Source of the DNA: Phyllobates terribilis
Lineage: Eukaryota
Assembly (NCBI RefSeq): GCF_046119375.1
Contig: NW_027363086.1
Location: 1 to 64,000, forward strand
Direction: 5' to 3'
DNA: 64,000 bases
Shown: positions 10,459 through 22,540 of the stretch, piece by piece
Numbering within the stretch: the first letter of the stretch is position 1
Layout of the letters: the number at the start of each line of letters is the position of its first letter
Program-made: the position numbers and the translations under genes
The notes under the pieces: generated by a model
What the model was told of the DNA's origin: nothing
Seen by the model: only the letters and a program-made list of their open reading frames with translations
Database searches by the model: none

Positions 10459-13400
10459 TAGTGATTAGCGAGCTTGCTCGCCACTGCTCGGTACTCACCC
10501 GAGCATCTCAGTACTCGAGATGCTCGGAGCTCGCCGAGTACTTTCGAGATGCTCGAGCGGGAGCTCGGGTCCCCGTCCTGCATGTTTGGCGCTATTTAGA
10601 GCACCAATCATGCAGGGATTGTCTGCCACTCACTGTAATGCCACAGCCATGGTGGTTGTGGCATTACAGTGATTGCCCAAATCGATGGGAACAGTGCTCA
10701 CAGAGAAACATGAAAAGCCGGCAATTCAGCAGCGGCATACACCGGTACCGACAATTTAGAACAGAAAGAATAGAGCATCACACATAGATTAGATAGATAG
10801 AAACATGTCAGTCACATATATAATAAGTACAGTGACACTGTTGGTTACTGTACTTGTTATTTAGTGTTAAAATAAAGGATTTATTAAAAAAAAAAATAAT
10901 AGTGTTTTCATGCACCCGTCTCTTTAAAAAAGCCGGCCGGCAATTCTTCAGCGGCATACATCGGTACCCGACAATTTAGAACAGAAATAGAGCATCACAC
11001 ATAGATTAGATAGATAGAAACATGTCAGTCACATATATAATAAGTACAGTGACAGTGTTGGTTACTGTACTTGTCATTTAGTGTTAAAATAAAGGATTTA
11101 TTAAAAAAAAAATTGGCATAGGGTTCCCTGTAATTTTAGTCTCTAGCGGAGGTTAAGCAGACGGCTGGGGCAGATGTCTGAAACCTGGGAAGGGGGTAAT
11201 ACCCACGGAGCTTCCCAGGCCACTAATATCAGCCCCCAGCTGAATACCTAGCCTTTACCAGCTATTAAAATGGGGGACCCCCCCAAAAAAGTGACGAGGG
11301 GTCCCCCCTATTTTAATAGCTAGCAAAGGCTAGGCAGACAGCTGGGGGCTGATATTAATAGCCCAGGAAGGGTGGCATGAATATTGGCCCCCTCCCAGGC
11401 TAGAAACACCAGCCGTCAGCCGCCCTATGGATGCGCCAATTCTGGCACTTATCCTCGCTCTTCCCACTGCCCTGTAGCGGTGGCAGTGGGGTAATAGGGC
11501 GGGCGTTGATGTCAGCTTATAATGCCAGCTGAGATCAAGCCCAGGTTAGTAATGGAGAGGCGTCTATAAGACACCCCCATTACTAACCCCATAGTCAAAG
11601 TTAAAAAAAAACACAAACACCCAGAATAAAGTCCTTTAATTGAAATAAACGCACAATTCTTTAATGTTCTAAATTAAACCATACTTACCATCACGCCCAT
11701 TCCAGCTGAAGCCAATGTCTTCTGCAATAAAAGTAAAATAATAAACCAACCTCATCCTTACATTTCCATGGTTCCCAGGACGGCTCCAGCTCTGCTACAT
11801 TCACATGACAGGCTGGATCGCAGCCGAAAGCTGAATTTCATGAAATAATAAAAAAAAAATTGACGTGGGGCTTCGCCCTATTTTTGTGTCCAGCCAGGTA
11901 CAGCAGGCAGGAGCGGGCTGCCCCCAACCACCAGCTGCCAATTTGTACCTGGCCGGACACAACAATATAGGGAAGCCCTTTTTTTTCTTTATTATTTCAT
12001 GAATTTCATGAAATAATAAAAAAAAAAAATACATGGGGCTTCGCCCTATTTTTGTGTCCAGCCAGGTACAACTAGGCAGCTGGGGGCTGGAATCCGCAGC
12101 GCATGGAGGCCCAAGCTTTCTGCCCCCCCCCCCCCGCTGTAAATTGCAGTCCGCAGCCACCCCAGAAAATGGCGCGTTCATAGAAGCGCCATCTTCTGGT
12201 GCTGTACCCAACTCATCTAGGGCCCTGGTGCGGTGGCTCACTGGGTAATAAAGGGGTTAGGGTCAGCTTGGTATTATCAGCTGGCCCTAAGCCCGAAATT
12301 CATGGGGTCACGCCAATATTAGACATGACCGCCATGAATTTCTAGTAAAGTATTTAAAAAAAACACAACACCCAGAATAAAGTCCTTTAATTTAAATAAA
12401 CGCACAATTCTTTAATGTTTTAAATTAAACCATACTTACCATCACGCCCATTCCAGCTGAAGCCTATGTCTTCTGCAATAAAAGTAAAATAATAAAGCAA
12501 CCTCATCCTTGCCTTTCCATGGTTCCCAGGACGGCTTCAGCTCTGCTACATTCACATGACAGGCTGGATCGCTGCCGAAAGCTGCCATCCCGCTTGCCAT
12601 GCCGCAGACTCTGAGAAGCGCAGGCATGCTTGCGCTCATCAGTGTATGGCTGTGACGGCATCCAGATGAGCTGAGTTCATGTCCAATGAACTCAGCTCAC
12701 CTCATGCACGTCACTGACAGCGTGGGAAAATTCTCCTGCGCATGCGGTGAGCGTGAGAGAATTCTCCTGCGCTCAGCGCAAGCGCAGGAGAATTTTCCCA
12801 CGCTTGCGGTGAGCGCAGGAGAATTCTCTCACGCTCACCGCATGCGCAGGAGAATTTTCCCACGCTGTCAGTGACGTGCATGAGGTGAGCTGAGTTCATT
12901 GGACATTAACTCGGCTCATCTGGATGCCGTCACAGCCAGACACTGAGGAGCGCAAGCATACCTGCGCTTCTCAGTGTCTGCGGCATGGCAAGCTGGATGG
13001 CAGCTTTCGGCTGCGATCCAGCCTGTCATGTGAATGTAGCAGAGCTGGAGCCGGCCTGGGAACCATGGAAAGGTAAGGATGAGGTTGGTTTACTATTTTA
13101 TTTTTATTGCAGGAGATCGTTGGCTTTAGCTGGAATGGGCGTGAAGGTAAGTATGGTTTAATTTAGAACATTAAAGAATTGTGCGTTTATTTCAATTAAA
13201 GGACTCTATTCTGGGTGTTTGTGTTTTTTTTTAACTTTGACTATGGGGTTAGTAATGGGGGTGTCTTATAAACGCCTCTCCATTACTAACCTGGGCTTGA
13301 TGTCAGCTGGCATTATAAGCTGACATCAACCCCAGCCCTATTACCCCACTGCCACCGCTACAGGGCAGTGGGAAGAGCGAGGCTAAGTGCCAGAATTGGC

Positions 13401-15697
13401 GCATCCTATGGGGTGGCTGACGGCTGGTGTTTCTAGCGTGGGAGGGGGCCAATATTCATGGCACCCTTCCTGGGCTTTTAATATCAGCCCCCAGCTGTCT
13501 GCCTAGCCTTTGCTAGCTATTAAAATAGGGGGGACCCCACGTCATTTTTTGGGGGGGTCCCCCATTTTAAGCCTTTACTAGCTAGGTATTCAGCCCCCAG
13601 CTGAATACCTAGCCTTTACTAGCTATTAAAATGGGGGACCCCCAAAAAAATGATGTGGGGTCCCCCATTTTAATAGCTAGCAAAGGCTAGGTATTCAGCT
13701 GGAGGCTGATATTAGTAGCCTGGGAAGCTCTGTGGGTATTACCCCCTTCCCAGGCTTCAAACATCTGCCCTAGCCGTCTGCTTAACCTCCGCTAGAGACT
13801 AAAATTACGGGGAACCCCACGCCAATTTTTTTAAATAAATCCTTTCTTTTAACACTAAATGACAAGTACAGTAATCAACACTATCACTGTACTTATTATA
13901 TATGTGACTGACATGTTTCTCCTGCGCTCACCGCAAGCGCAGGAGAATTTTCCCACGCTTGCGGTGAGCGCAGGAGAATTCTCTCACGCTCACCGCATGC
14001 GCAGGAGAATTTTCCCACGCTGTCAGTGACGTGCATGAGGTGAGCTGAGTTCATTGGACATTAACTCGGCTCATCTGGATGCCGTCACAGCCAGACACTG
14101 AGGAGCGCAAGCATACCTGCGCTTCTCAGTGTCTGCGGCATGGCAAGCTGGATGGCAGCTTTCGGCTGCGATCCAGCCTGTCATGTGAATGTAGCAGAGC
14201 TGGAGCCGGCCTGGGAACCATGGAAAGGTAAGGATGAGGTTGGTTCACTATTTTATTTTTATTGCAGGAGATCGTTGGCTTTAGCTGGAATGGGCGTGAT
14301 GGTAAGTATGGTTTAATTTAGAACATTAAAGAATTGTGCGTTTATTTCAATTAAAGGACTCTATTCTGGGTGTTTGTGTTTTTTTTTAACTTTGACTATG
14401 GGGTTAGTAATGGGGGTGTCTTATAAACGCCTCTCCATTACTAACCTGGGCTTGATGTCAGCTGGCATTATAAGCTGACATCAACCCCAGCCCTATTACC
14501 CCACTGCCACCGCTACAGGGCAGTGGGAAGAGCGAGGCTAAGTGCCAGAATTGGCGCATCCTATGGGGTGGCTGACGGCTGGTGTTTCTAGCGTGGGAGG
14601 GGGCCAATATTCATGGCACCCTTCCTGGGCTTTTAATATCAGCCCCCAGCTGTCTGCCTAGCCTTTGCTAGCTATTAAAATAGGGGGGACCCCACGTCAT
14701 TTTTTGGGGGGGTCCCCCATTTTAAGCCTTTACTAGCTAGGTATTCAGCCCCCAGCTGAATACCTAGCCTTTACTAGCTATTAAAATGGGGGACCCCAAA
14801 AAAAATGACGTGGGGTCCCCCATTTTAATAGCTAGCAAAGGCTAGGTATTCAGCTGGAGGCTGATATTAGTAGCCTGGGAAGCTCTGTGGGTATTACCCC
14901 CTTCCCAGGCTTCAAACATCTGCCCTAGCCGTCTGCTTAACCTCCGCTAGAGACTAAAATTACGGGGAACCCCACGCCAATTTTTTTAAATAAATCCTTT
15001 CTTTTAACACTAAATGACAAGTACAGTAATCAACACTATCACTGTACTTATTATATATGTGACTGACATGTTTCTATCTATCTAATCTATGTGTGATGCT
15101 CTATTCTTTCTGTTCTAAATTGTCTGGTACCGGTGTATGCTGCTGGTGATGAATTGCCGGCCGGCTTTTTTAAAGAGACAAAAACACTATTATTTTTTTT
15201 TAATAAATCCTTTATTTTAACACTAAATGACAAGTACAGTAACCAACACTATCACTGTACTTATTATATATGTGACTGTCATGTTTCTATCTATCTAATC
15301 TATGTGTGATGCTCTTTTCTTTCTGTTCTAAATTGTCAGGTACCGGTGTATGCCGCTGATGAATTGCCAGCCGGCTTTTTTAAAGAGACGGGTGCATGAA
15401 AATCGGAGGGCACTAGTGTGTTCCAATTGCCCTGCTATGTTTTTCACGCACCCTCCTATATACCTTGCCTGCCTGTCTGCCTATATATTCTGCCAGCCTG
15501 ACGTTTAATTGAGCACTGTTCCCATCGATTTGGGCAATTTTTGACCTTCTGCAGACCGACGGGGGGACCGCCAGAAAAATGCTCGAGTTTCCCATAGACT
15601 TACATTGGGCTCGTTGCTCGGGTCGAGCACCCGAGTATTCCAATTTGCTCAACCCGAGCTTCGAGCACCCGAGCCTTTTAGTGCTCGCTCATCACTA
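10459..15697. mobile_element. Non-autonomous hAT-type element (5.2 kb) with a large internal palindrome
   Basis: TIRs tagtgattagcgagc / gctcgctcatcacta. 8-bp TSD gtaaacac (10451-10458) / ataaacac (15698-15705). Subterminal gctcg repeats; symmetry axis near 12792; no transposase seen. Confidence 0.85.
12762..15071. repeat. 1155-bp tandem duplication (12762-13916 / 13917-15071) of the right palindrome arm
   Basis: Near-identical copies with ttct microhomology at the junction and a few substitutions. Confidence 0.9.
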
Positions 15698-17201
15698 ATA
15701 AACACTTGTTTCAAAACACACTGACACCTATGGGTTGGAAAAGGTAATTACACCTATGACATAAAAATGTTCTATCACATGAAGAACTTGATTAATAATG
15801 AATTACTATCTATTATTGTTTTATTATTCCAAACATAATTTATTTTAATATTTTGATAATAATTAGATGAACATTATTGATTGCTATGGTACCCTATGAT
15901 ATTATAGGTTAGGAAAGTTGCCAGATTTGGTATCAGATTAGCGAATGAAGACTTCAATCAAGACATTGCAATTATTAATTCTATCTTAATAAAGATTTTT
16001 CATATTTATAAATTAAAGAGATTCTCAAAAGTTACAAGAAGAAGCAACCGATATACGGAAATCTCAGAAGGTAAAGATGTTGTGAATGCTGAGTGATAAT
16101 AGACTGTGTCAATTACAATACATTCACACCACTGATAACCACGACTGCAGAGGACGATGATCCTATATGAACTGGGTTGTGTTCAAGTTTCATCATGTTC
16201 CAGTGGTTTCCTATCACCTGAAAGCTGGTGAATAATAACGGAGTGTCAGGATTCTGCCAGCCTGATATATGTGTTCTGTACATTAAGGATTAAGTACTGG
16301 TTATGGTGCTATATAGAGCAGGGAAGTGTCAAGTTAACCCTTGCTTTTCTGACCAAAGACGTCACACCTGTTCCAAAAGTGACAGGAGACCAGTGCGGAT
16401 GACACGGAGGATTCCAGAATTATCCAAAGACAATCCAACGTAAGTCCAGGTGACACTGCACAGATATTAAAGCTACATTTCATCCATGGACTTTGTTTTC
16501 TTATCAATTGACACACATGATCTTTCTAATAAAGAGTACAGTTTAAAGACTGAACAATAATGAACACAATTATGGACTGTACAATATCTACACGCTATAA
16601 TTTATTTCAAAGGAATTTTCATCTAAAGACTGTGTTTTAAAAGAACCAAGAAGAAGACGAGACAAGAACCGATGACATCAGATGATGACGATTGGACCCG
16701 TGATTATTTCGATTTAGATTTAGGGAAGTATAATTATATATGTTAAATGAATAAACAGACTGCGACCCGCATAATAAATGACGTGGGTTAATGGTCCCCA
16801 GAAAAATTCCGACCCCGTCTCCACATAGCCCACTCAAGACTTATATAAAACTAGGAGAACAGCTGAGTGAAATCGCATGAAAAGACTTTATTGTAGACAT
16901 AGTTCATTAAAAGACAATACATAGCATTAATAGTTATGACACAAAATTAAGACAAGCAGACAAATGGTCCCGCATATTTGTAAGTGGGTCTCTCCAGAGG
17001 TTCACCCCTAGAGTCAGAAGGGTGCATGCTTACACTAAAACAGGGAGAGGGACGCACAATCAGGGCAAGCAAAAAGGTCACTCCCATATGGACCATGCGG
17101 TCCAGAAAGACCCAAAGGTCATATTGTACCAAACTTACCCTAATGTAAGGGGCCCCAGACCTCTGGGAGACCACACAGGGACCAGATAGTGAATGAGAAA
17201 G

Positions 17202-17248
17202 GCCTCGACGCGCGTTTCGCCGGGTGTAGATCAGCTTTATCAAGAGGC
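17202..17248 (-). ncRNA. Minimal type I hammerhead ribozyme-like motif (U3-A8 variant)
   Basis: gcctc-UUGAUAA-a-gcug/cggc-GAAA-cgcgcg-UC-gaggc. Helix I 5 bp, helix II 4 bp, palindromic helix III acgcgcgu. Confidence 0.72.
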
Positions 17249-18209
17249 GTGTGTGAGGGTGCTGCCAGGACCTTTAAATACGCCCAGAAGTGTCACATGA
17301 TACATCATGTGGTCGTCCAAGATGGCCGCCAAGTACTGGATGATGGGCGGCGCATGCGCAACGGCCGTCACATATCCCGCGCACGCGCCCCAGCTGTCAT
17401 GACGTCGGCGCGCGGACCGAAATGCAAATGAATGCTATTCCCGGCGGCGCGCCGAAGGCATAAAGACAGCCGAGCGCAGCACGGCACGGGACGGACCGGG
17501 CGCATGTGCACTACATCCATGTAGGAGGTGAGCTTGGGACTGAGTGCCAATAACAGAAATGAAACCACATAAAGGGAGCAACAATATCCCCACCAATCAA
17601 AACCCGGTAGCTATTCCAGCCAGCCAGCACAATACTAATGTTCTATAAAAGTTAATATCATGATACTAATAGTAGCAAATAATGCTGGTCATGGAAGTAC
17701 AGCTCAATAGAAAGGTATGAAAGGAGGGGATGGTGCATTAGGTCAAAAAAAGAGGTACATATGTCTATACAATTAGCGTTATAACAGCATAAGTCCCCTT
17801 GCAAAAGGGGACATATAGTGCCAAAAAGTGCACAACTATAGATTTCTCAACATGGTTTCAATCAGTCACAAGTACCAGATATCAAACAGAATCCACAAGT
17901 AAAGTGTACATCCCGGTCAAGAATCAAGAGTGCAGTAGCAGTATCTGTATCAGAATCTCTTGTAGACATCAAAAGACGAAGGAGTTCAAAAGACAGATCG
18001 TCTGCCATAGATGTACATCAAAAAGAAGAGGTCCTGGGGCACAGTCACTGTCGGAGAAAATGTGAGTACAAAGAGAATAAAAGGGAAAATATAAAAATTA
18101 GAAAAGAATATAAAAACTAAAAACCTAAAGCCATGGTCCAGAAATAGACATATCATGGTCCACAGGGGAGCAGAAACACAGAACATATCATACAATCCGT
18201 CACTTCATT

Positions 18210-20747
18210 TCAGAGGAAGGACGAGAACCCCAAACTCTCATTGAGGCCCCGCGGAGCCATGGTGTCTAAAGTGACGATCCATCTGGCCTCCTTTTGGGCC
18301 AGAAGTTGCTTACCATTTCCACCCCGGGAGCCCAAATGTATGACATCAATGCCGCAAAACTTTAGTGTCCTCGGATCGCAATTGTGGACAGCCTTAAAGT
18401 GACGCGGCAATGTTTTGAGCTCCCTGGGGTCGGCCACCGTCCGAGCCGCGCCAATGTCCCGCACGTGTTCACAAACCCTGATCCTCAGCTCTCTCGTAGT
18501 GAGTCCTACATAAATTAATTGACAACCACATGTAGCATAATATATAACATGGGTTGTACCGCATGAGATGTAATTGCGGATTTTAAACTCACGAGAGCCA
18601 TCAGAGAACGTGAACACCCAGCTGCGCAGGATATTGGCGCAGGCGGCACAGTGGCCACAGGGGAACGAGCCAAACGTGGGTCCGCGGGACACAAATGGAT
18701 TCGTCAAGGGAGTTATATAGTGGCTGGATACCAGTATGTCACCCAGGTTATTGGCCCGCCGGGGGGTCATTTGTGGATAGCTTCCTAAAGATTCACGTAG
18801 GGAGGGCTCCGCGCTGAGCACACCCCAATGACGGGAAAGGATCCGCCGCATATTCCCCCACTCATGATTATATGTGGAGATGTAGCGGATTCTTTCCGTT
18901 GTCACCCGTTTGGATGAATTTGAGGAATAAATCAGATGGTTACGGAATGTGTTCCGTGCTCTCGAGTAGCCACGGCCGATGCAGTGGTTGCTATACCCAC
19001 GTTGCCTGAAACGTTCTGCCAGATCCGAAGCCTGTCTCCTAAACTTGTAGTCGGTGGAACAGATCCGCCTCATCCTCAGGAATTGTCTGACCGGGATGGC
19101 ACGAATTGTAGAGGGATCATGTGCAGAGGCAGCATGTATTAAGGAATTGACCGAGGTGGGTTTTCTAAAGACATCAGTCTGGATGGTGTGGTACTCACCC
19201 ACCTCCAGACTGATGTCTAGAAAGTCAATCTGTTTATGATGGTATGTATAGGTAAGCCTAATGGAACGATTGTTTGAGTTAAGCTGCACCATGAAATCGT
19301 CAAGCTCCTCCACCGTCCCCCGCCACAGAAACAAAATATCATCGATGTATCTAAGCCATGACACGACGGGGTCGGCGCGGCGCACGCCCTCGTCGCCAAA
19401 AATGTCTCTCTCCCAGGACCTCAAGAAGAGATTGGCGTACGAGGGCGCACAAGACGCCCCCATCGCCGTGCCACGCCTTTGTAGATGCACCGTATCTTTG
19501 AATAAAAAATAATTGTGGTGGAGGACGAAGTGGAGGAGATCAAGGATAAAATTTCGTGAGAGGCCGTCCAGATCGGACGCCCCAAGGAAGAGGCGGACTG
19601 CAGAAAGGCCCAGATCATGGCTAATACATGTGTAGAGGCTCTCAACATCGGCCGTGACTAGCAGGATACCATCCGTCACAAGGACGCCATTAACGCGCCT
19701 TAAGACGTCCATCGTGTCCTGAATGTATGAAGGAAGTGTCTCCACTAATGGGCGAAGGTGGCTGTCAATATACTGGCAAATAGGACCACACAAATTACTT
19801 AGGCCTGACACGATTGGACGTCCCGGCGGGTTGAGGGCGTCCTTGCGAATTTTTGGAAGTAGGTAAAAAGTAGCAGTTTTAGGGAATCGAACAGGTAAAG
19901 CTTCAACTGTTTGCTTGTTAATAATTCCCTGATCACAGGCCCTGCCCAGGATCCCCTGGAGCGCGGCAGAGAAGGAGGCAGTAGGATTAAAGGGTAACCT
20001 CGAATATGTCTTGGTATCCCTTAGTTGGCGTAACGCCTCCCTCTCATATTTAGAACAGGGCCACAGTACAATGTTCCCTCCCTTGTCCGCTGGTTTAATA
20101 ACCACATCACGAAGTGATTTCAACCGTTCTATCGCAGTACGCTGAGAATGAGTAAGATTGTCAAAGCGTCTGCGTGTGGAGAGATGTCTCAAATCCTCCG
20201 TCACTAGACGCACAAATATTTCAACTGCCGGACTCAGGGACAAGTGAGGGAACCTTGTGGATCTAGGATACCTCGACTGTGGTAACCCACCTGTAATTGG
20301 GGGTTGGTCCTGCTCCATCAAGAGGTCCTACAAATCCTTCAATGCCTCCATCTCTGTCGTGGTTACAGGGCCATCCTCACCATGTGGCCTGGAATGTAAT
20401 TTTTTAAGAATAAGTTTACGTGCAAACAGGTGAAGGTCCTTCAGGGCAGTAAAAAAATTAAATGCATTAGTGGGTGCAAAAGATAGTCCCAGCCCCAGGA
20501 CCTCCATCTGCTTGTCAGTTAGTACGTGGTTGGATAAGTTAACAATGCGGAGCCCCCCGCAAGCAGCACTAACCTGGTAAGGTGTGGCACGTGTTCTTCT
20601 ATTATTGGGTCTTGTTTGAATCTTTGAAGATAGGAAGCCATCCACACCAGGGCGGCCACCTGGGTTGCCACCTGGGTTTTCTGACGGTGTTTGTTCGCCA
20701 TTAGAAGTAGTTGAAGCGACCAATGTAGTTAAATGAATATTAGTCAC
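18210..20747 (-). pseudogene. PLE1 ORF: N-terminal domain, RT, Cys linker, GIY-YIG endonuclease; a single in-frame TAG at 20330-20328
   Basis: Motifs IVNLS..LGLSFAP, KPADKGG, GTAMG, RYIDDI, CGHCAAC and VIYYATCGCQLIYVGLT. ORFs 20328-20747 and 18210-20321 are in the same frame. Confidence 0.9.
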
Positions 20748-20813
20748 GGCTTACCATAACATGGATTCACATCATTATGCTATTGAATACATATAACAAT
20801 AATCCGATATTGA

Positions 20814-20847
<34 letters not shown>

Positions 20848-21555
20848 ATTGTTATGGACATTAAATGATATTGCCAAGGAAGAAGAAAAGAAAAATGATC
20901 CTATTATCCTAATGATGAACCTATCTACTTTGAGGATTTCAGTTGATGTCTGTCATCCTCAAAAGGGGGAATTGTTAAATATTAATTACGGATATTAATT
21001 TTATTCTGAATTCTGTACCATACATTGCATAAGATTGCATCAGCCATTGTGCTAGGGTTTCTAGGTAACATGCGCTATTTGTTTATTTTTAGTTAGTCCA
21101 TTTCACAGGACACTGGACGACACATGGTGTCATCCTAACACACGTGCTGGACACAGACAGACGCAACCTACCATCCAGGATCCAAGGAAAAGATGAGTGA
21201 ATCTCAACTATTAAGCTAATTATGGATAAATGGACAATCACTCTAACTATTTAACTATTTTATGTAACTATTGCAATCATTCTTTATAATGGACAATCCA
21301 AGAATAAATCGATATATTTTTTTATAAGAATATCGTGATATTGATACTTTGATCAATCGCATCTGATAAGAAGTCCTCAATAGAAAAATATACTGAAAGA
21401 AGTATTTTTTTTACACCTTCAGACATTTGTCCCATGGTTCACTCAAACCAACACTGTGGGACCATTTGGCTGCCAAAATATTATAGGGAGTCTGTTCCCA
21501 ACCTGGTATCTCAATAGACTCAGTAACAACTATCTTTTTCTTAAATAAAGGCATG

Positions 21556-22389
21556 TGTGACATGCAGAAGGAATGCTGTTGCTTCAAAAGCATCCAGCAA
21601 CTGTTACAAAATAACACAAGCACAGGAGACAGGAAGTGTTGTGCTCCAGAAGCATCCAGCAACTAGAGGGGTTAACACCGTCACAGGAGACAGGGAGTGT
21701 TTTAGCAGAGCCCCAGGGGGATTGTGGGGAACTTGTTATTGTAGTTTGGCTGAAGCCGAAGAGAAAGGTAGTGTGTTATCTGGATCTGACAGAAGGCAAC
21801 TAAACAGGATTCAGATCACGAGAGAAAATAAACACATGTCAGATAAACTCCCTGAACTAACAGTGCAGAGTATTATCGGGCAGGAAGATAAGAACTGGAA
21901 GGAATTGTGTCACAGGGATCATCTCCCTCATCAAACCCTGCCCCCCTACATCTCCATGCAGGATACAGAATGCTGTTTACTATTGTGTCCTTGTGAAGGA
22001 AAAGCCTGTGGTTGTGTATGCATAGAAGTGTGCTGCTAAGAGATCTAATCTATGCTGAATTATGCTACTGAAGAGACTGTAATACTGTGCCTTGTGAAGA
22101 AACTACTGTATTGTTACTGGAGCCGGTTGCTCAAGAAACTCAGACTGTACTGTAATGAAGATTGTTGCTGTAATATCCCTGAATTGCACTGGCCGTGCTT
22201 CAGATTACATTCCACTGTTAAACTGTTAAAAAAGACTCTTGTTAGATGTGTCTGGTCAGCAATTGAATCTATCATGTGCCTGAGAGAAGCTTCTGCCTAT
22301 GGTTGCCCTGAGTAACATTTCCCCGAGGATTCCAAAGAATTCATGAAACCGGTCTCGTCCTATCTGAACCTAGTGACGTGCGTGTAACA
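21556..22389 (+). repeat. 5' LTR of element C
   Basis: tgtgaca...gtgtaaca; repeated at 33499-34471. Confidence 0.93.
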
Positions 22390-22390
22390 T

Positions 22391-22403
22391 TGGTGGCCCG
22401 TAC
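22391..22403 (+). promoter_or_regulatory. Primer-binding site complementary to the tRNA-Ile(AAU) 3' end
   Basis: tggtggcccgtac lies 1 nt after the LTR. From memory, the tRNA-Ile(AAU) 3' end is ...CCCCGUACGGGCCACCA. Confidence 0.75.
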
Positions 22404-22540
22404 AGGGAATCCTAAGTGGGAATTAGCATGTAGAGGGAGAAGAGGAAAAGTGTCTGGAAAACACAGCAGCAAAACACATCAATTCAACTCTGCTACACCA
22501 GTTAAAGGGGACCAGACCTAAAGAAAACTCACTAGCAGCA

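Larger units (their letters stand above)
16636..20760 (-). mobile_element. Penelope-like retroelement PLE1 (Neptune-type), probably 5' truncated; boundaries approximate
   Basis: RT plus GIY-YIG ORF, Cys-rich linker, long 3' region carrying a hammerhead motif. Confidence 0.85.

Noticed and set aside
12686-12899. Two near-identical 62-aa ORFs on opposite strands
   Set aside because: A by-product of the DNA palindrome, with no coding signature.
20573-20755. Possible intron in the PLE1 5' region (GTAAGC donor, ttaccAG acceptor on the minus strand)
   Set aside because: The region is open in frame without splicing, and there is no independent support.
21557-22315. ORFs of 160 aa and 87 aa (the latter repeated at 34134-34397)
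   Set aside because: They fall inside the LTRs of element C; the repetition reflects LTR duplication.
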